This document shows positions 41,798-54,220 of a stretch of 64,000 nt of DNA, piece after piece. A program made the translations under genes and the position numbers. The number at the start of each line of letters is the position of its first letter. Position 1 is the first letter of the stretch. The stretch comes from Perna viridis (Eukaryota): NCBI GenBank assembly GCA_037379345.1, contig CM074517.1, positions 19,530,001-19,594,000 on the forward strand, written 5' to 3'. Below the pieces are notes generated by a model. The model was not told where the DNA came from and did no database searches. It saw only the letters and a program-made list of their open reading frames with translations.

Positions 41798-41950
41798 AAA
41801 TAATTTGTAAAATTATAACCCTCACTAAGGGGATTAGTTATGCTGGCATGGCTAAGGTGTCAGGTAAGACAAGAAAAACTAACTACCCCTCTTAGCCATG
41901 ACAGTATAATAAACCCCATTAGTAGGGGTAAGTTTTACAAATTATATTTT
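41798..41950. mobile_element. Palindromic foldback element, about 150 bp
   Basis: ATAATTTGTAAAA..CCCT.ACTAA.GGGG..TTATGCTGGCATGGCTAAG and CTTAGCCATGACAGTATAA..CCCC.TTAGTAGGG..TTTTACAAATTAT. Confidence 0.75.
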
Positions 41951-44251
41951 CACTTATTTTCATAAAACTACTTTCAAAATCCAATAGTACTGTATTGTAC
42001 ATAGATAAATCTATATCCTAAGTAATATTAATTGACCGATATAGCTCAACATTAGAGAAGCCTGAACTGGTAAACACCATCCCATCTTAAAAACCAGTGG
42101 CAAACAACAGCTTAAATCTACCTTCAGTATCAGCTAACAAAATACTTGCACCAAATTAACAGGTTTTTAAAACATCATTTTAATGTGGGCCTATACTAAG
42201 GAAGTTAATTTTGATACCAGATTATACAACTGGTACAAACACTATCTTCACCAGATAAAAGTTTTTGTTTAATTACAATTTTTGGATTGAATTCTGTTAT
42301 GATTTAAAATCTGACAGGGCTAATTCACATCTAATTTACAAATAATATATGTTTCTTTTTTACTGTTACTCAGTGATTAATGTTTAAGAATAGTCATTAT
42401 AGAATTTCAAGGATTCCTTTTTGGCAAGTGACGTGGATGGATCATAACCACTAAAACGTCATTCCCTAATGGAGCAACAACTGTAAGCAGGACAAATTTC
42501 CCCAACCTGCCTCAACTTAGACTTGTACATGCAAGCTTTGTTTACCATTTCTAAGGTATCATTACTTTTAATCAAAACTAATTTTTGTTTTAAAATAGGT
42601 ATTTTGAAGATTGTTCTATGAATTCCCATGACAAAAACTTTCTTAATGTGCTGCTTGTAAAATAAAGATATCAAAACCAGTGTCAATGGCATGATGATTT
42701 CACAAACTGGTTTTGAATAAGTGGTACTGAATCAATATTTTAAGCTTTTCTGCTAAATGACAGTGTGAAGACAATTTACATTACATGTAAACAATATTCA
42801 TATATATTTGCGGTTTTAGTACAACTCAGACATCACAGAGGGGTGTGATGGCCATTTGACCGAGAGATGATAACCTGACAACCCTTAGGTAGAGTTATCT
42901 CCACTTACAAGCATGTGACAGTTTGTTAAATCTGCCATGCAAATCTAGATGCATACAATCTAAAACAAAGTTTCATCAAAATCCTTTGCATTATTGAGAA
43001 AGCTAGACCGCAGGCAGAAGGACAGACAGACGCACACAGAAGGGAGATGCATGGTAATACAACATAACTTAGGCCAAAGAAGATAAATGGCCCAATTTCA
43101 TAAAAAAAATATATTGGATAAATGAAACATATACATATTTATTTGTAATTATATTCAGAGTTGATCATCTCAACCTGTCTGTCATTCTTCATAATTCCTA
43201 AACCTATCACTAAAATTGAAGGAAAGATGCCAAAAACAAAAAGGCCATATACTAAGGGCAATACAGTTTATAGATCTAAGAAATGCACTTTCGTTTTTTT
43301 CCTATCCTGACTTCAATAGAAAATATTAAAGTCATACATCAAATTCCAGACTACTATGTGTCAAAATTCATGCCCTTAATGATAGTTCATAATTCCTGAC
43401 CAGTCTTACATCTAATGTGCAATGACATTAAACTGTGAAAAAAGTAACAAAAACCAGTCAGTGAGTTATTCAAATAAATATTCTATCTGATAAAAAAATA
43501 CTCATTAAAAGCCCTTAGAGAATCATTAAACAGAAAAAAATTGATAAAACACTTCATCATATGGCAATGTAAACACCAACAGATACTATGATGGTTAAAT
43601 GAATATGACAGTGTCTATCTTTGATTAATCATTAAAACACTCCATTATTGAGCAAAGAACTTACCCCAAAAAACTAAACTAATTTAAGACAGTTTGAGTG
43701 ATGACATTTTCCAGAGTATCATGGTCAGACACATCAAGTTTTAAGCATTGAAATTATCAAATACCTATAGAAACTCCCTAAGGTGACTTAAATCATATTT
43801 CCAGTAGTTTTCTAAATACTTTGAAAACAGTGCCTTTTCTTCCTGCAGAAAATATAGATAATTTGGTCTGGTGACCAAAGATATCCCTGCATTCTGCATT
43901 ATTCTGAATTTTCTATAAGTAAACTATGGACTAAGTCAGAAAGTACATTCCTCAAAATCAAGTGTTTACAAAAAACATTTACAATTTTGGGGGATTTAGA
44001 TCTTCCTTTGTATTTGATTTTAATGCTGCTGATGATAGGTTACTCCTTGGACAGCAGTACAACATTATACGATTGGTACTTTTGTATTAACCATTATGGT
44101 CCAAATTCTGTTGGTAGAACAGTTCTTCAAATATCAAACAAATGGTGTATTGGATATGAGGATTATTATAATATACCCTCCCCATTTAACTTGTACAGAG
44201 GTGATAAAAACTGCAAGAGCTGAAACTGTTGATTCTTTTTTTTGTTAACTA

Positions 44252-44480
44252 TTACAGTGAGAACAATGATGATGTTCAGTGGATTGGCATTTGCTTCATT
44301 AAATGTCAATCACCTGAGTAACTACCTGACACAGGTAGCTGGACAATTAACATGGAGATTTAAACATTAATCATTCCATAAACATGATAGTAAATCTCCT
44401 TGTCAAGTCCAAGGGCAGTTTATTAGGATCAAAGGAAAACCAACTCTATACCTAGAACATTACCATTGTTTGAGCTATAA
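44252..44480. mobile_element. Foldback MITE family A copy (degenerate)
   Basis: TTACAG..CAATGATGATGTTCAG..AGGTAGCTGGACAATTAACATGGAGATTT..AAATCTCCTTGTCAA..CCAACTCTAT..GCTATAA. Confidence 0.6.
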
Positions 44481-46196
44481 CAACTTCAATTATTTTAGTG
44501 CAAACTTGTCTTATAATAAATGCAACATTTGAAACACATGCCTTTTTACAAAAAAGATTGGAAGATGCACTGATGACATCTTTTTGAAATTTTATCAATT
44601 TGTTTTTTTTCTGTTTTAAAATAATTTTTTTTCAAATCTTATACTGTCTGCTTATATAAAAACCATTAAATTTCTTCTATAAGGTCTATGGCATGTTGAA
44701 TCCAATAAAAAAGATAATAATTTAGTAAAATGCATTGTGAATCACATGCATCAAGTGATATTAAAACCAAACACATTAGAACAAATTGAAGCGTAAACAA
44801 ATATGACAATGCCTGGCTTTAATTAATATTGATAACCTTTTATGGCATGCTAAAAAGAACATTTCCAGACAAAACAAATCATTTCACAATAAATTAATTT
44901 ATAGTTTTTACTAAGAACCATCCAATAGTACAGTGAATTCTCCAATAAAGTACATAGGATGAGGATGTAACAGGTCAAAATCCTGAGACACTAATCTCAC
45001 AATAAAATCAACAAAATTTTCATGAAAAGTAATTGTCATAGCTGCATTTAATAGTAAAAAGCAGCACACTGGGCCTTTCCTCTTAAGTCTAAGATCTTTA
45101 CTATAACAAAAAGGACAGTAATAAAGGCTAGAAACCACTAATTCCACTTCCCATAGGCTTCTATGCAAATTTCACAATATTCAATGGCTTCTCTGGACTT
45201 TACCTTAACTTTAACCTGCAGAGGACTATATATCAGCATGATTCTACATATGTCAGCTTTCAATCCTCAGAATGGCATGTAGGGTTAGCAGACTTGCAGT
45301 GCAGTACTGGTCACCGGAAGTGAAGTGTCTATAAATAGCATGGGAAATCCCAGTGTTTTCACAAGATAGGGGTATATTTAGAAATCATTATGGAGATTAG
45401 GCTTCACATCACAAGAAGCAAAATGCACCTATAAAATGTAAAGAAATGTTTTTCCTTTCAGAAACTGTTTAAATTTTTAAAATAAGATGAGAACTTTTTT
45501 CACAGCACCATGAGGAACAGGGATAATTTCTGTGTAGGACTATTTTTGCGTACGTTCCAAATGCTCATTGGTTGAATTGGTGGTCTGTAACCTAAAACAC
45601 CTAATTGAACTTTCTACCAGTACATTTTTTATAAAACTTTAAAAAAATTCTTCATTATTACTAAAAGAGTAGACAAATGGAAAGAAAAGGGTTGACCATG
45701 ATACCTTCATCAGAAAGAGCTTGTAAACATAGATTAAAACAAAGAGTAAAATATTTCATGCCAAAGCTTTTACTCTCTTCCATGCCTATCAGCATTGATT
45801 TCAAGGCCATAATTTCCATGGCATGTTACATGTCATGATGTTTGAATGCATTGCTTAATAAAACCAAGAATTCAATCTTAGATAGTTTACTAGCAGACAA
45901 TTGACATGTAGCCAAAAATAAGTAGCCTAAAGAAGGGTAGGTTTGTGTCATATCTGGCAGTGACAGCTAGCAGGCTCTAAATATCTAGGCTCACCAATAT
46001 AAGTAAATGTATAACAAATTAGTAAACAACACTCATAATAGCAGCCAAGTATTGATAGTAAGAAGTAAGAGCAAGCCACTGCAATATATTACAGAAAGGA
46101 ATTCACGTTTCATCACATTGACAGAAAAAGGAATGATTTAGGGGGCAGTCCACATTAACAGCAAGTAATATAGTTAGGGACTGATCTGAGTTGGTC

Positions 46197-46323
46197 TTCC
46201 CTTGATTGAATGACCAATACCTTTTGAAATGTTCCCTAGATTGGATGACCAATACCTTTTGAAATGTTCCCTTGATTAAATGGCTAATACCTTTTGAAAT
46301 GTTCCCTTGATTACCTTTTGAAA
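46197..46323. repeat. 35-bp tandem repeat, about 3.5 copies, derived from family-A MITE sequence
   Basis: TTCCCTTGATTGAATGACCAATACCTTTTGAAATG at 46197, 46232, 46267 and 46302. It continues a family-A left arm starting about 46157. Confidence 0.8.
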
Positions 46324-48863
46324 TATCGAAGCAAAACAAGCTACTGATTTGAGCAAAATATCAATCAAAAAGTATTTATTAGCATAAAGGGTAATAGCAA
46401 AATTACCAAACTGATAGACAAACTTACATAGCCAAAGTCAAAAGAAAAGTCCATATGTAACATATAGGCAAAACTGGAAGACACATTTGCAATAGATCTG
46501 ACTTGGAAAAGGCATTTCACATGGAATGGTGGGTTAAAACAAGCACTTAACCCGGACCTGCTTCCATTACTGTTAATGTTTTTTTGGTATATTGCAATAC
46601 AAAAAAGGTAGTACAGTATTGCAGCTGGGCTAAGTGAGGATCTGTGAACTACTACTCATGGAGTATACCCCTGTTTTCCCCCAAAATGTATTCTTTCTAA
46701 AGTCAATAAACAGGAAGCAGTTGTCTGACAGGATCGAAATTTGTAAGTACGGTTAAGGACCACTAGCTGAAGCTTCATACCAAATATCAAGTAGCTGTGA
46801 TCAGGAGTTCCTGTGTAAAATGTTACAAAAGTTCCGGTTATGGACAAAATAACAGAAGAATGGAATGATATAAGGATGGAATGACAGACAGAGCTAAAAC
46901 AGTATAACCCGTCTTCTTTGATCAGTAATCAGTAGTCAAAATAAGAGAGTAGATATACTGATGATTTTATGAAAATATATAAAATATAAAAGACAAGAAG
47001 ATGTTAGATATGATCTATGTCAGTAGTTCAAATCAACAAATATGAGCTCTTGACAAATTCATCTCTATTACCAGACACCCAAGTGTCCTCTTAACAACTA
47101 TGAGTATCAATTGAGTATCAATCGGATGTAATCAAAGAAATAACTCAGTTGACTGATTTTACATTTCACCACCAGACACTCAGACATGCATATATGCAGG
47201 ACCATCCCAAGAGAACTTACTATGACCATCATCTAATGTTATAACACATTGTTATTAATGGTTCCTCTTCACTTCATCAATTGACAGCCTATGAACCATG
47301 AACAGGAGAGATGAATCAGAAAACTTAAAACATTCATGATCATCAATTGTCTCTTCTTACACTACAATGTGAAGTGTTGTAATGAAAGAGTAGAAAATTG
47401 TACGAAACAAGACAACAATGATATGCATTGTAGGAATCAATAGAGATCTGCATCTTGGCAACTGATGCTATAATGACTTTATGGAAAATCGTGTTATACA
47501 GAGCAGTGTCAGAAAAATTAGTTTTGAACAATATTCTAACTTGACCTGAATGCTAGAGGTCTGTGTATATTCCAGATAGGCCTATGGGAAGAGATTAGAT
47601 TGAGCAAAAATCTTGTATACAACACAGAAAATGCAGAATTTGTGAATTTACTAAAGTTAGATGTTCATCAGGTGATTGTTATTTAATCAAGGAAAGGCAA
47701 ACTCAATCAACTGAATATTAGCATTGTATGAGCTGTAATTGAGGTAATAGAAAAAAAATAGATATGGTGAAATGTAACAAATGCACCAGCATATAAAATT
47801 AATACAAAATAGTAAATACTCTCAAAGATCATCAAAAAGTATTTAATAAGTGTAAACACCTTTAAATAAGGAGGCTCAAGAAGGCCCTCAGGCAACAAAA
47901 GTAATAAAATCCATGGTAACTGAATGATATCAATTCTCCCAAAATCGAACTTAAAAGTTACATAATGACCCATATAAGACACATAGTGAACCAAAACATC
48001 TCCTGTCATTGTTGGCAGATGCCTGAAATCTGTAGTGGGTTTAAACTACTTTTATAAGGCCTCAACAATTCCCCTTTAATGTTAGTTCAAAAATGAACTC
48101 AATTTTACTTAAAATTCACTCAATAATACATCCAATTCTCTCCATGGAACACCTCAACATACATCATATAGACAAAATAAGATATCCACTTAAAGAAAGT
48201 TCACAGATACTTAAAGCTAGGTCAGAACATATTAAAAAATGAAAATACCATTAAAATTACCAGAATTAGAAATAATGGATCTCTACAATTTCAGTGGATT
48301 TGGAGCCGCAATTCCAAGAACTAAATAGGTAAACACTCCAGGATTACAATAGTTTCTGTTTGAAATTCTTCAAAGAACATCGTTTTTTGTCTAAAAACAC
48401 ACATAACTTGTGCTCTTATGAGCTTTTAATCAACACACACCAAAAACCTTGCCAGTTTTTCTGCATTAATAACTACATGTTAACTTATATAACTACATGT
48501 TTTCTTGATAAAAGCCTCAGCATTTTGTGCCAATTATAAGTAGCAGAGAATTTCTAGGTTATGTAATACAAACACTAATGTGTTCAGCAGTTGGAAAAGC
48601 AAGTGTTTCAAACTCATCAAAATGTATTCAATCTCAAAATCATCTCCTCTAAGTTGGTTAGACTGGAGTTCTTTAATCTGACAACTAGAAACCAATAATA
48701 TTTTATAATAATATGATAAATTGAAGTATTTCAAAACATAAACATTCTAAAGAGTAAAATCAGGCATGATATATAACATTATTTTGTACTTTGAATTAGT
48801 ATTTGGCCTTGACAATGATATGGTAATCATTCCAACTAAAAGAAAGAGCCTTAAATGAAATCT

Positions 48864-49616
48864 TTTGAAACATTGTGACAGGGTCAATTATGCCAAAGTG
48901 TTCATACAATGTCAACTTTGTCAAACTGTCAACTGTGTTAAAATGTTCCAAAACTGCCAACTATGTCAGAATGTCCCAACAGTGTCAACTACACCAAAAT
49001 TTTCCAACTTAGTCAACTATGTCAAAATGTTCCAGCAGTGTCAACTACACCAAAATGTTCTAAAAGTGTAAACTATGTCAAAATGTTCCAACAGTGTCAA
49101 CTATGCAAAAATTTTCCAAAAGTGTCAACCTTGTCAAAATGTTCCAACAGTGACAACTATGCCAAAATGTTCCGGCAAAGTCAACTATGTCAAAATGGTC
49201 CAACAGTGTCAACTATGCCAAAATGTCCCAAAAGTGTCAACCTTATCAAAATGTTCCAAAAGAATCAACTCTGTCAAAATGTTCCAGCAATGTCAACTAC
49301 ATCAGACTGTTCCAGCAGTGTCAACTATGCTAAAATGTTACAAAAGTGTAAACTATGTCAAAATGTTCCAAAAGTGTCAACAATGTCAGAATGTTCCAGC
49401 AGTGTCAACTACATCAAACTGTTCCAGCAATGTCAACTATGCCAAAATGTTACAAAAGTGTCAACAATGTCAAAATGTTCCAAAAATGTAAACCTTGTCA
49501 AAATGTTGCAAAAGTGTCAACTATGTCAAAATATTCCAAAAAGTGTCAACAATGTCAGAATGTTCCAGCAGTGTCAACTACATCAAACTGTTCCAACAGC
49601 GTCAACTACATCAAAA
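48864..49616. repeat. 28-bp minisatellite, about 26 copies
   Basis: Consensus AAAATGTTCCAACAGTGTCAACTATGTC. It explains the overlapping ORFs with a 28-aa period. Confidence 0.95.
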
Positions 49617-49618
49617 TA

Positions 49619-49743
49619 CATGTATGATTTTAGTTACTTTATGTTCTTTGTTGTGTATGTATATTTTCCATGTCGGGTCCTTGTCCCTGGATTGCATTCT
49701 TTTGATTACTGCTATAACCTTGGTTTCCATGATTACACTCTCC
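49619..49743 (+). mobile_element. Family E 3' fragment
   Basis: TGTATGATTTTAGTTACTTTATGTTCTTTGTTGTGTATGT..AACCTTGGTTTCCATGATTACACTC matches the family E tail. Other fragments at about 21455-21675 (-) and 52510-52600 (+). Confidence 0.65.
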
Positions 49744-50831
49744 TATGAGTGGCCGTTCATGTCAAAATAGCGTTATTTTCATCTAAATGTAATTTTCTAT
49801 CTAGATACTAAAAAGTATCTAGATGCTTGTGAGAAGTATCTAGATAGTTGTTCGAAGCATCTAGATGCTTGTGAGAAGTATCTAGATAGTTGTGAAAAGC
49901 ATCTAGATGCTTGTGAGAAGTATCTTCACAGTTGTGCGAAGCATCTAGATGCTTTTGCAAAGTATCTAAATGTTTTTGAGAAGCATCTAGATTCTTGTGA
50001 GAAGTATCTAAATAGTTGTGCAAAGCATCTAGATTCTTGTGAGAAGTATCTAAATAGTTGTGAAAAGCATCTAGATGCTTGTGAGAAGTATCTAGATAGT
50101 TGTGAAAAGCATCTAGATGCTTGTGAGAAGTATCTAGATAGTTGTGCAAAGCATTTAGATGCTTGTGAGAAGTATCTTCACAGTTGTGCGAAGCATCTAG
50201 ATGCTTTTGCAAAATATCTAAATGTTTTTGAGAAGCATCTAGATTCTTGTGAGAAGTATCTAAATAGTTGTGAAAAGCATCTAGATTCTTGTGAGAAGTA
50301 TCTAAATAGTTGTGAAAAGCATCTAGATGCTTGTGAGAAGTATCTAGATAGGTGTGAAAAGCATCTAGATGCTTGTGAGAAGTATCTAGATAGTTGTGCA
50401 AAGCATTTAGATGCTTGTGAGAAGTATCTTCATTGTTGTGAAAAGCATCTAGATGCTTTTGCAAGTATCTATATGCTTTTGAGAAGCATCTACATGCTTG
50501 TGAGAAGTATCTAGGTAGTTGTGTTAAGCATCTAGATGCTTGTGAGAAGTATCTAGATAGTTGTGCAAAGCATCTAGATGCTTGTGAGAAGTATCTTCAC
50601 AGTTGTGCGAAGCATCTAGATGCTTTTGCAAAGTATCTAAATGTTTTTGAGAAGCATCTAGATTCTTGTGAGAAGTATCTAAATAGTTGTGAGGAGTTTT
50701 TGTGTATCTAGATACTTGTAAGAAGCATCTAGTTACTTGAATGAAGCATCTAGATAGTTTTGCGAAGTATCTAGATAGAAAATTACATCTACATGAAAAT
50801 AACGCTATTTTGACATGAACGGCCACTCATA
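49744..50831. mobile_element. Non-autonomous TIR DNA transposon, IS3EU-like termini, carrying an internal satellite
   Basis: 66-bp TIRs (49744-49809 and 50766-50831) with 2 mismatches, starting TATGAGTGGCCGTTCATGTCAAAATAGCG. Perfect 6-bp TSD CTCTCC (49738-49743 and 50832-50837). No transposase. TAY..RTA ends with a 6-bp TSD match the IS3EU superfamily description. Confidence 0.88.
49810..50765. repeat. 21-bp palindromic minisatellite (42-bp dimer, 252-bp higher-order unit) inside the TIR element
   Basis: Alternating AGCATCTAGATGCTTGTGAGA and AGTATCTAGATAGTTGTGAAA, about 45 monomers. The variant TATCTTCA recurs at 49921, 50173 and 50425 (252 bp = 12 x 21). Confidence 0.95.
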
Positions 50832-51064
50832 CTCTCCTACATCTAGGACAATTATTGTACCCAAGGAACAAAATGAATCCATACATTACATCACAGTTTC
50901 CATGACTTCCTTTAATTCTTCAGAAACCTTAAACTTAATATATTAACAGAACATCAACAGATCACATGTCTATTCTGTGGTAAAACCATGACACTGTGGC
51001 AATCTTAAAGAAAATCAGAAGAACATTTCAAAGTACATTTACTTGTTATTAAGTAGTACATTGT

Positions 51065-51459
51065 ACTCCAGATAAAAATAATGCAAAATGTGACACATGG
51101 TTGGAAAGCCTACATATTTTTATTTTTGATATCTTGTTTAAAATGCTTTAGTAAACAGAAATTAAAATTTGGTTTTTCATATAACCCGTGCTCATAGGAG
51201 ATAAAAATTGTATAGAATGCACTGTAGAATTCAAAGGTAAGGGAGATAACTCTATAAATAACACTCAAATACAATAGAACGTATTGGACTTTCAATGTTG
51301 ATTATTGCCTAAGAGCAGGCAGATTTGAATGAATAATTATACATTTCATAATATAGACCCATAAAACAACTTAATTACAAAAACAAAAAATATGTAGCCT
51401 TTTTTTAGGTGTATCACATTTTTCAGATTTTGCATGATTCTTACAAAGACAGCTACTTA
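51065..51459 (+). repeat. About 395-bp dispersed direct repeat, copy 1
   Basis: Collinear with 55672-56074 (ACTCCAGATAA..CATGGTTGGAAAGCCTACATATTTTT..GAATGAATAATTATACATTT..GCTACTTA), moderately diverged. Confidence 0.85.
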
Positions 51460-52830
51460 AATCTAATTAGGTGAATATCATAGTTTAGATCTAAAAGACT
51501 TAGCATTTATAATAACAGATTCTTCTTCTAAGGCAGTAACATGCCACAGGACTAGACACCAAGCTGACCTTTACTGGTGAAAATATCAGAATTATCATGA
51601 TCAAACTTTTCAGTTTCTTGGATAAGGAATAAGGCTACTATTAGAAGAATCAATAGCTCCACTATCTGAGCTATAAATCAAATTGCAATACAATAACTTT
51701 TCCTTTCAAAGCATTTTCTCCAAAGTGTCAGATGATTTTTCATAACATCGGTCTTCGAATGTGTTTCAAATCAGTCGGCTGATATAATAAGCCAACAATA
51801 GTCAAATGAGCAATGCTCTGTTAGCTTTTAATAAAGAAATCAAAATGCAATAAAGCCATCACGTTAACATAGTTAAGAGATATGGTTTGTTAAGGGATCT
51901 CTGAGATATCTTAGTTGATGGCTTAAGTAAATGGGAAATATATCCACAAAGATCAATTTCTTGAATATCAAGTTTCTAAGAAATTCTGTTTCCGCCATGC
52001 TGTGAACAAGCCAGCATGCCCTAGACATTTAAACAAAAGAAGTTTGAACTTTTTCTTTGGTGTCAAAGCTAGAGCCACCCAGTTCAGTAACATCACCTTA
52101 ATGTTTAACAGCTTTTAAGATTCAGAAATGAAATGTCACTTTAATTTCTTTCCCTGTCCTTTTACCAGAAGATTAATGACATGAGTGCTTACAATACCAA
52201 TAGATACAATATTTCAAGGAAGTAAAATTCTTTCTGGGTATGTTTTTGTAAACTGAAAATTTGGAAATTATTGTAATGTTTTTTATTATTGTGAAAAACT
52301 TGTGTTAATGATTTTTTTTTAGCAGGAAAAATCTGGATATAATAAAAACTCATCTTCGTCTAAAAGAACAAATCGTCATAATAATGCATTTAACAAGTAA
52401 TCAAGACCTCAGACCTAGCAAGAAGAAAACTAAATGACAATAATTGTAGTGGAAGGTCAGTTAATGTGAAATCTACTCTGCTTTTTGTTCTTTGGTCAAA
52501 CCATAAATTTACCGGTGCACCTGGTCCATGCTCCCAGTTTTTATTGGAGTTCAGGTAGCTCATTTACATTTATTACTTTGTAGATGTTATTTTAATTCTT
52601 TCATACTATCATATAGATAGCAGTGTTTTATTGAATGTTCCCTGTGAAAATAAATCTTGATAACTCACACTGTAAAATAAATTCAGTAATTTCACTCTCG
52701 CACTTTCTCCTGCCAAAATGTCACAATTTTGAAATCAATCCGCTGTTCACAAATTTGAAAGTTATGTTGAAAATAGCAAAGATTGATCCAGGAAATCTTT
52801 ATAATAAATAGGATAATCAATTGGTTATCA

Positions 52831-52957
52831 TGAATAACCAAAATATGATCACTCAAGCCAAGAACGCAGTAAGATTTAACTTGTGCGCAGAAGAAGTTCC
52901 GCACACTCGTTAAATCTAGGCGTTCTTCGGCACTCGTGATCATACTTTGGTTATTCA
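52831..52957. mobile_element. Palindromic foldback element, 127 bp, CpG-retaining
   Basis: TGAATAACCAAAATATGATCAC..GCC.AAGAACGC..AGATTTAAC..GTGCGCAGAA and TTCCGCACAC..GTTAAATCT..GCGTTCTT.GGC..GTGATCATACTTTGGTTATTCA. Confidence 0.78.
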
Positions 52958-53937
52958 ATCTTTCCAGTTAATTATCCTCTTATTCTTTGCTGTTTGTGTC
53001 TATTTTCTCTGTTTAGTCTTTATCTTTGTAATATAAATTCCTTTGATTTCTGCTTGATCTTCGTTCCCTTGATTGCACTTTCAATACCTTATATATAGAT
53101 TTACAAAAACATTAAATTAAATCCACACTAATTAATTTGTTTATCTTCAAAACACTCTAACCTTACAGCAGGTACAAAACAATTAATTTGTCTGTCTATG
53201 AAAGTTTTATGAATATAATATTCAATATGTATTTCAAAATATTCATTTTATTTGATCAAAGCAACCTATATTTATCATGAAATATGAAAAATTAAAACCC
53301 AGAAGATTTTGATCTATTAAAAAATCTTGCACTGGAAACAAAGTGACAAAAAAAAATACTTCAGAATTAACCTGCTTTTCACCAGCTCTCGGTGGTAGCA
53401 ATACAACAATTTAGATCTAACCCCATAATCAGTAACAATCTCTTCCTTCCTTCCCTGTAGAGAAATAATCATCCTTAAGCCACCTCATTACGATCTTCCA
53501 TCATTGATTTAGCTTTCACAGTTATACTGAGTAGAATAGCTTTTAAATTAATATGAGCAGCATTTAGTGTTAGATTAGATGACATTTGATTTTCAAGACT
53601 TAATTGTCAAGAAACTTTTGAGTTGGAATACTGGTTCATGAGACATTTATCTCCCTTCCCTATAATGCATATATTGGGTATGTATGGAAATAATTGAACT
53701 TTGCAAATTTTATACTTTTTTCACTGATATTCAGATAGTGAAGTCAAACAAAGGAAATTATAAAATGGGAAAGAACAGACGTACAACAAGATGTGATGGA
53801 GACTTACTGATTTAGAGAAAGATTCGAATGATACACCTCATAAATTTTCTCTACAATTAATGAATTGATATGTGTATATTCTGCAACACATATAACTCAG
53901 GGTGCTTTCAATTATGCAGTTTATTCCAGTTGACCAA

Positions 53938-54220
53938 CACAGCACAAACAATGATGATGTTCATCAGAAAGAGAAAGGATTAATCTTGCTACAATAAATG
54001 ACAATCACCTGATGAACTGCCTTTGGTAGTGAACAGGAAAATTGACAGGGAGATTCAAACTACACAAATTACTGGGTATTTAAAAACCTATTGAAAGCTC
54101 CTTGTCAATTGACCAGCTACATCAATCACTCCAGATATCAGGCAGTACCTCAGGTGACTGTCATTCAATAAAGCAAACACAACAGCTATCACCTGAATGT
54201 CATCATTGTACAAGCTGTAA
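53938..54220. mobile_element. Foldback MITE family A copy
   Basis: ACAGCACAAACAATGATGATGTTCA ... TGAATGTCATCATTGTACAAGCTGTAA. Partial copies also at about 24026-24075 and 47663-47738. Confidence 0.65.

Noticed and set aside
48865-49770. Overlapping Cys/Gln-rich ORFs (261, 138, 91, 90 and 68 aa)
   Set aside because: They are products of a 28-bp repeat that is stop-free on the plus strand and cycles through all three frames. The C-terminus runs into a family E repeat.
54008-54050. Hammerhead-like CTGATGA-stem-GAAC in family A MITEs (also near 40117)
   Set aside because: The GAAA core is not intact, and stems I and III and a cleavage triplet could not be formed. The motif is explained by TIR symmetry (TTCATCAG on the other arm).
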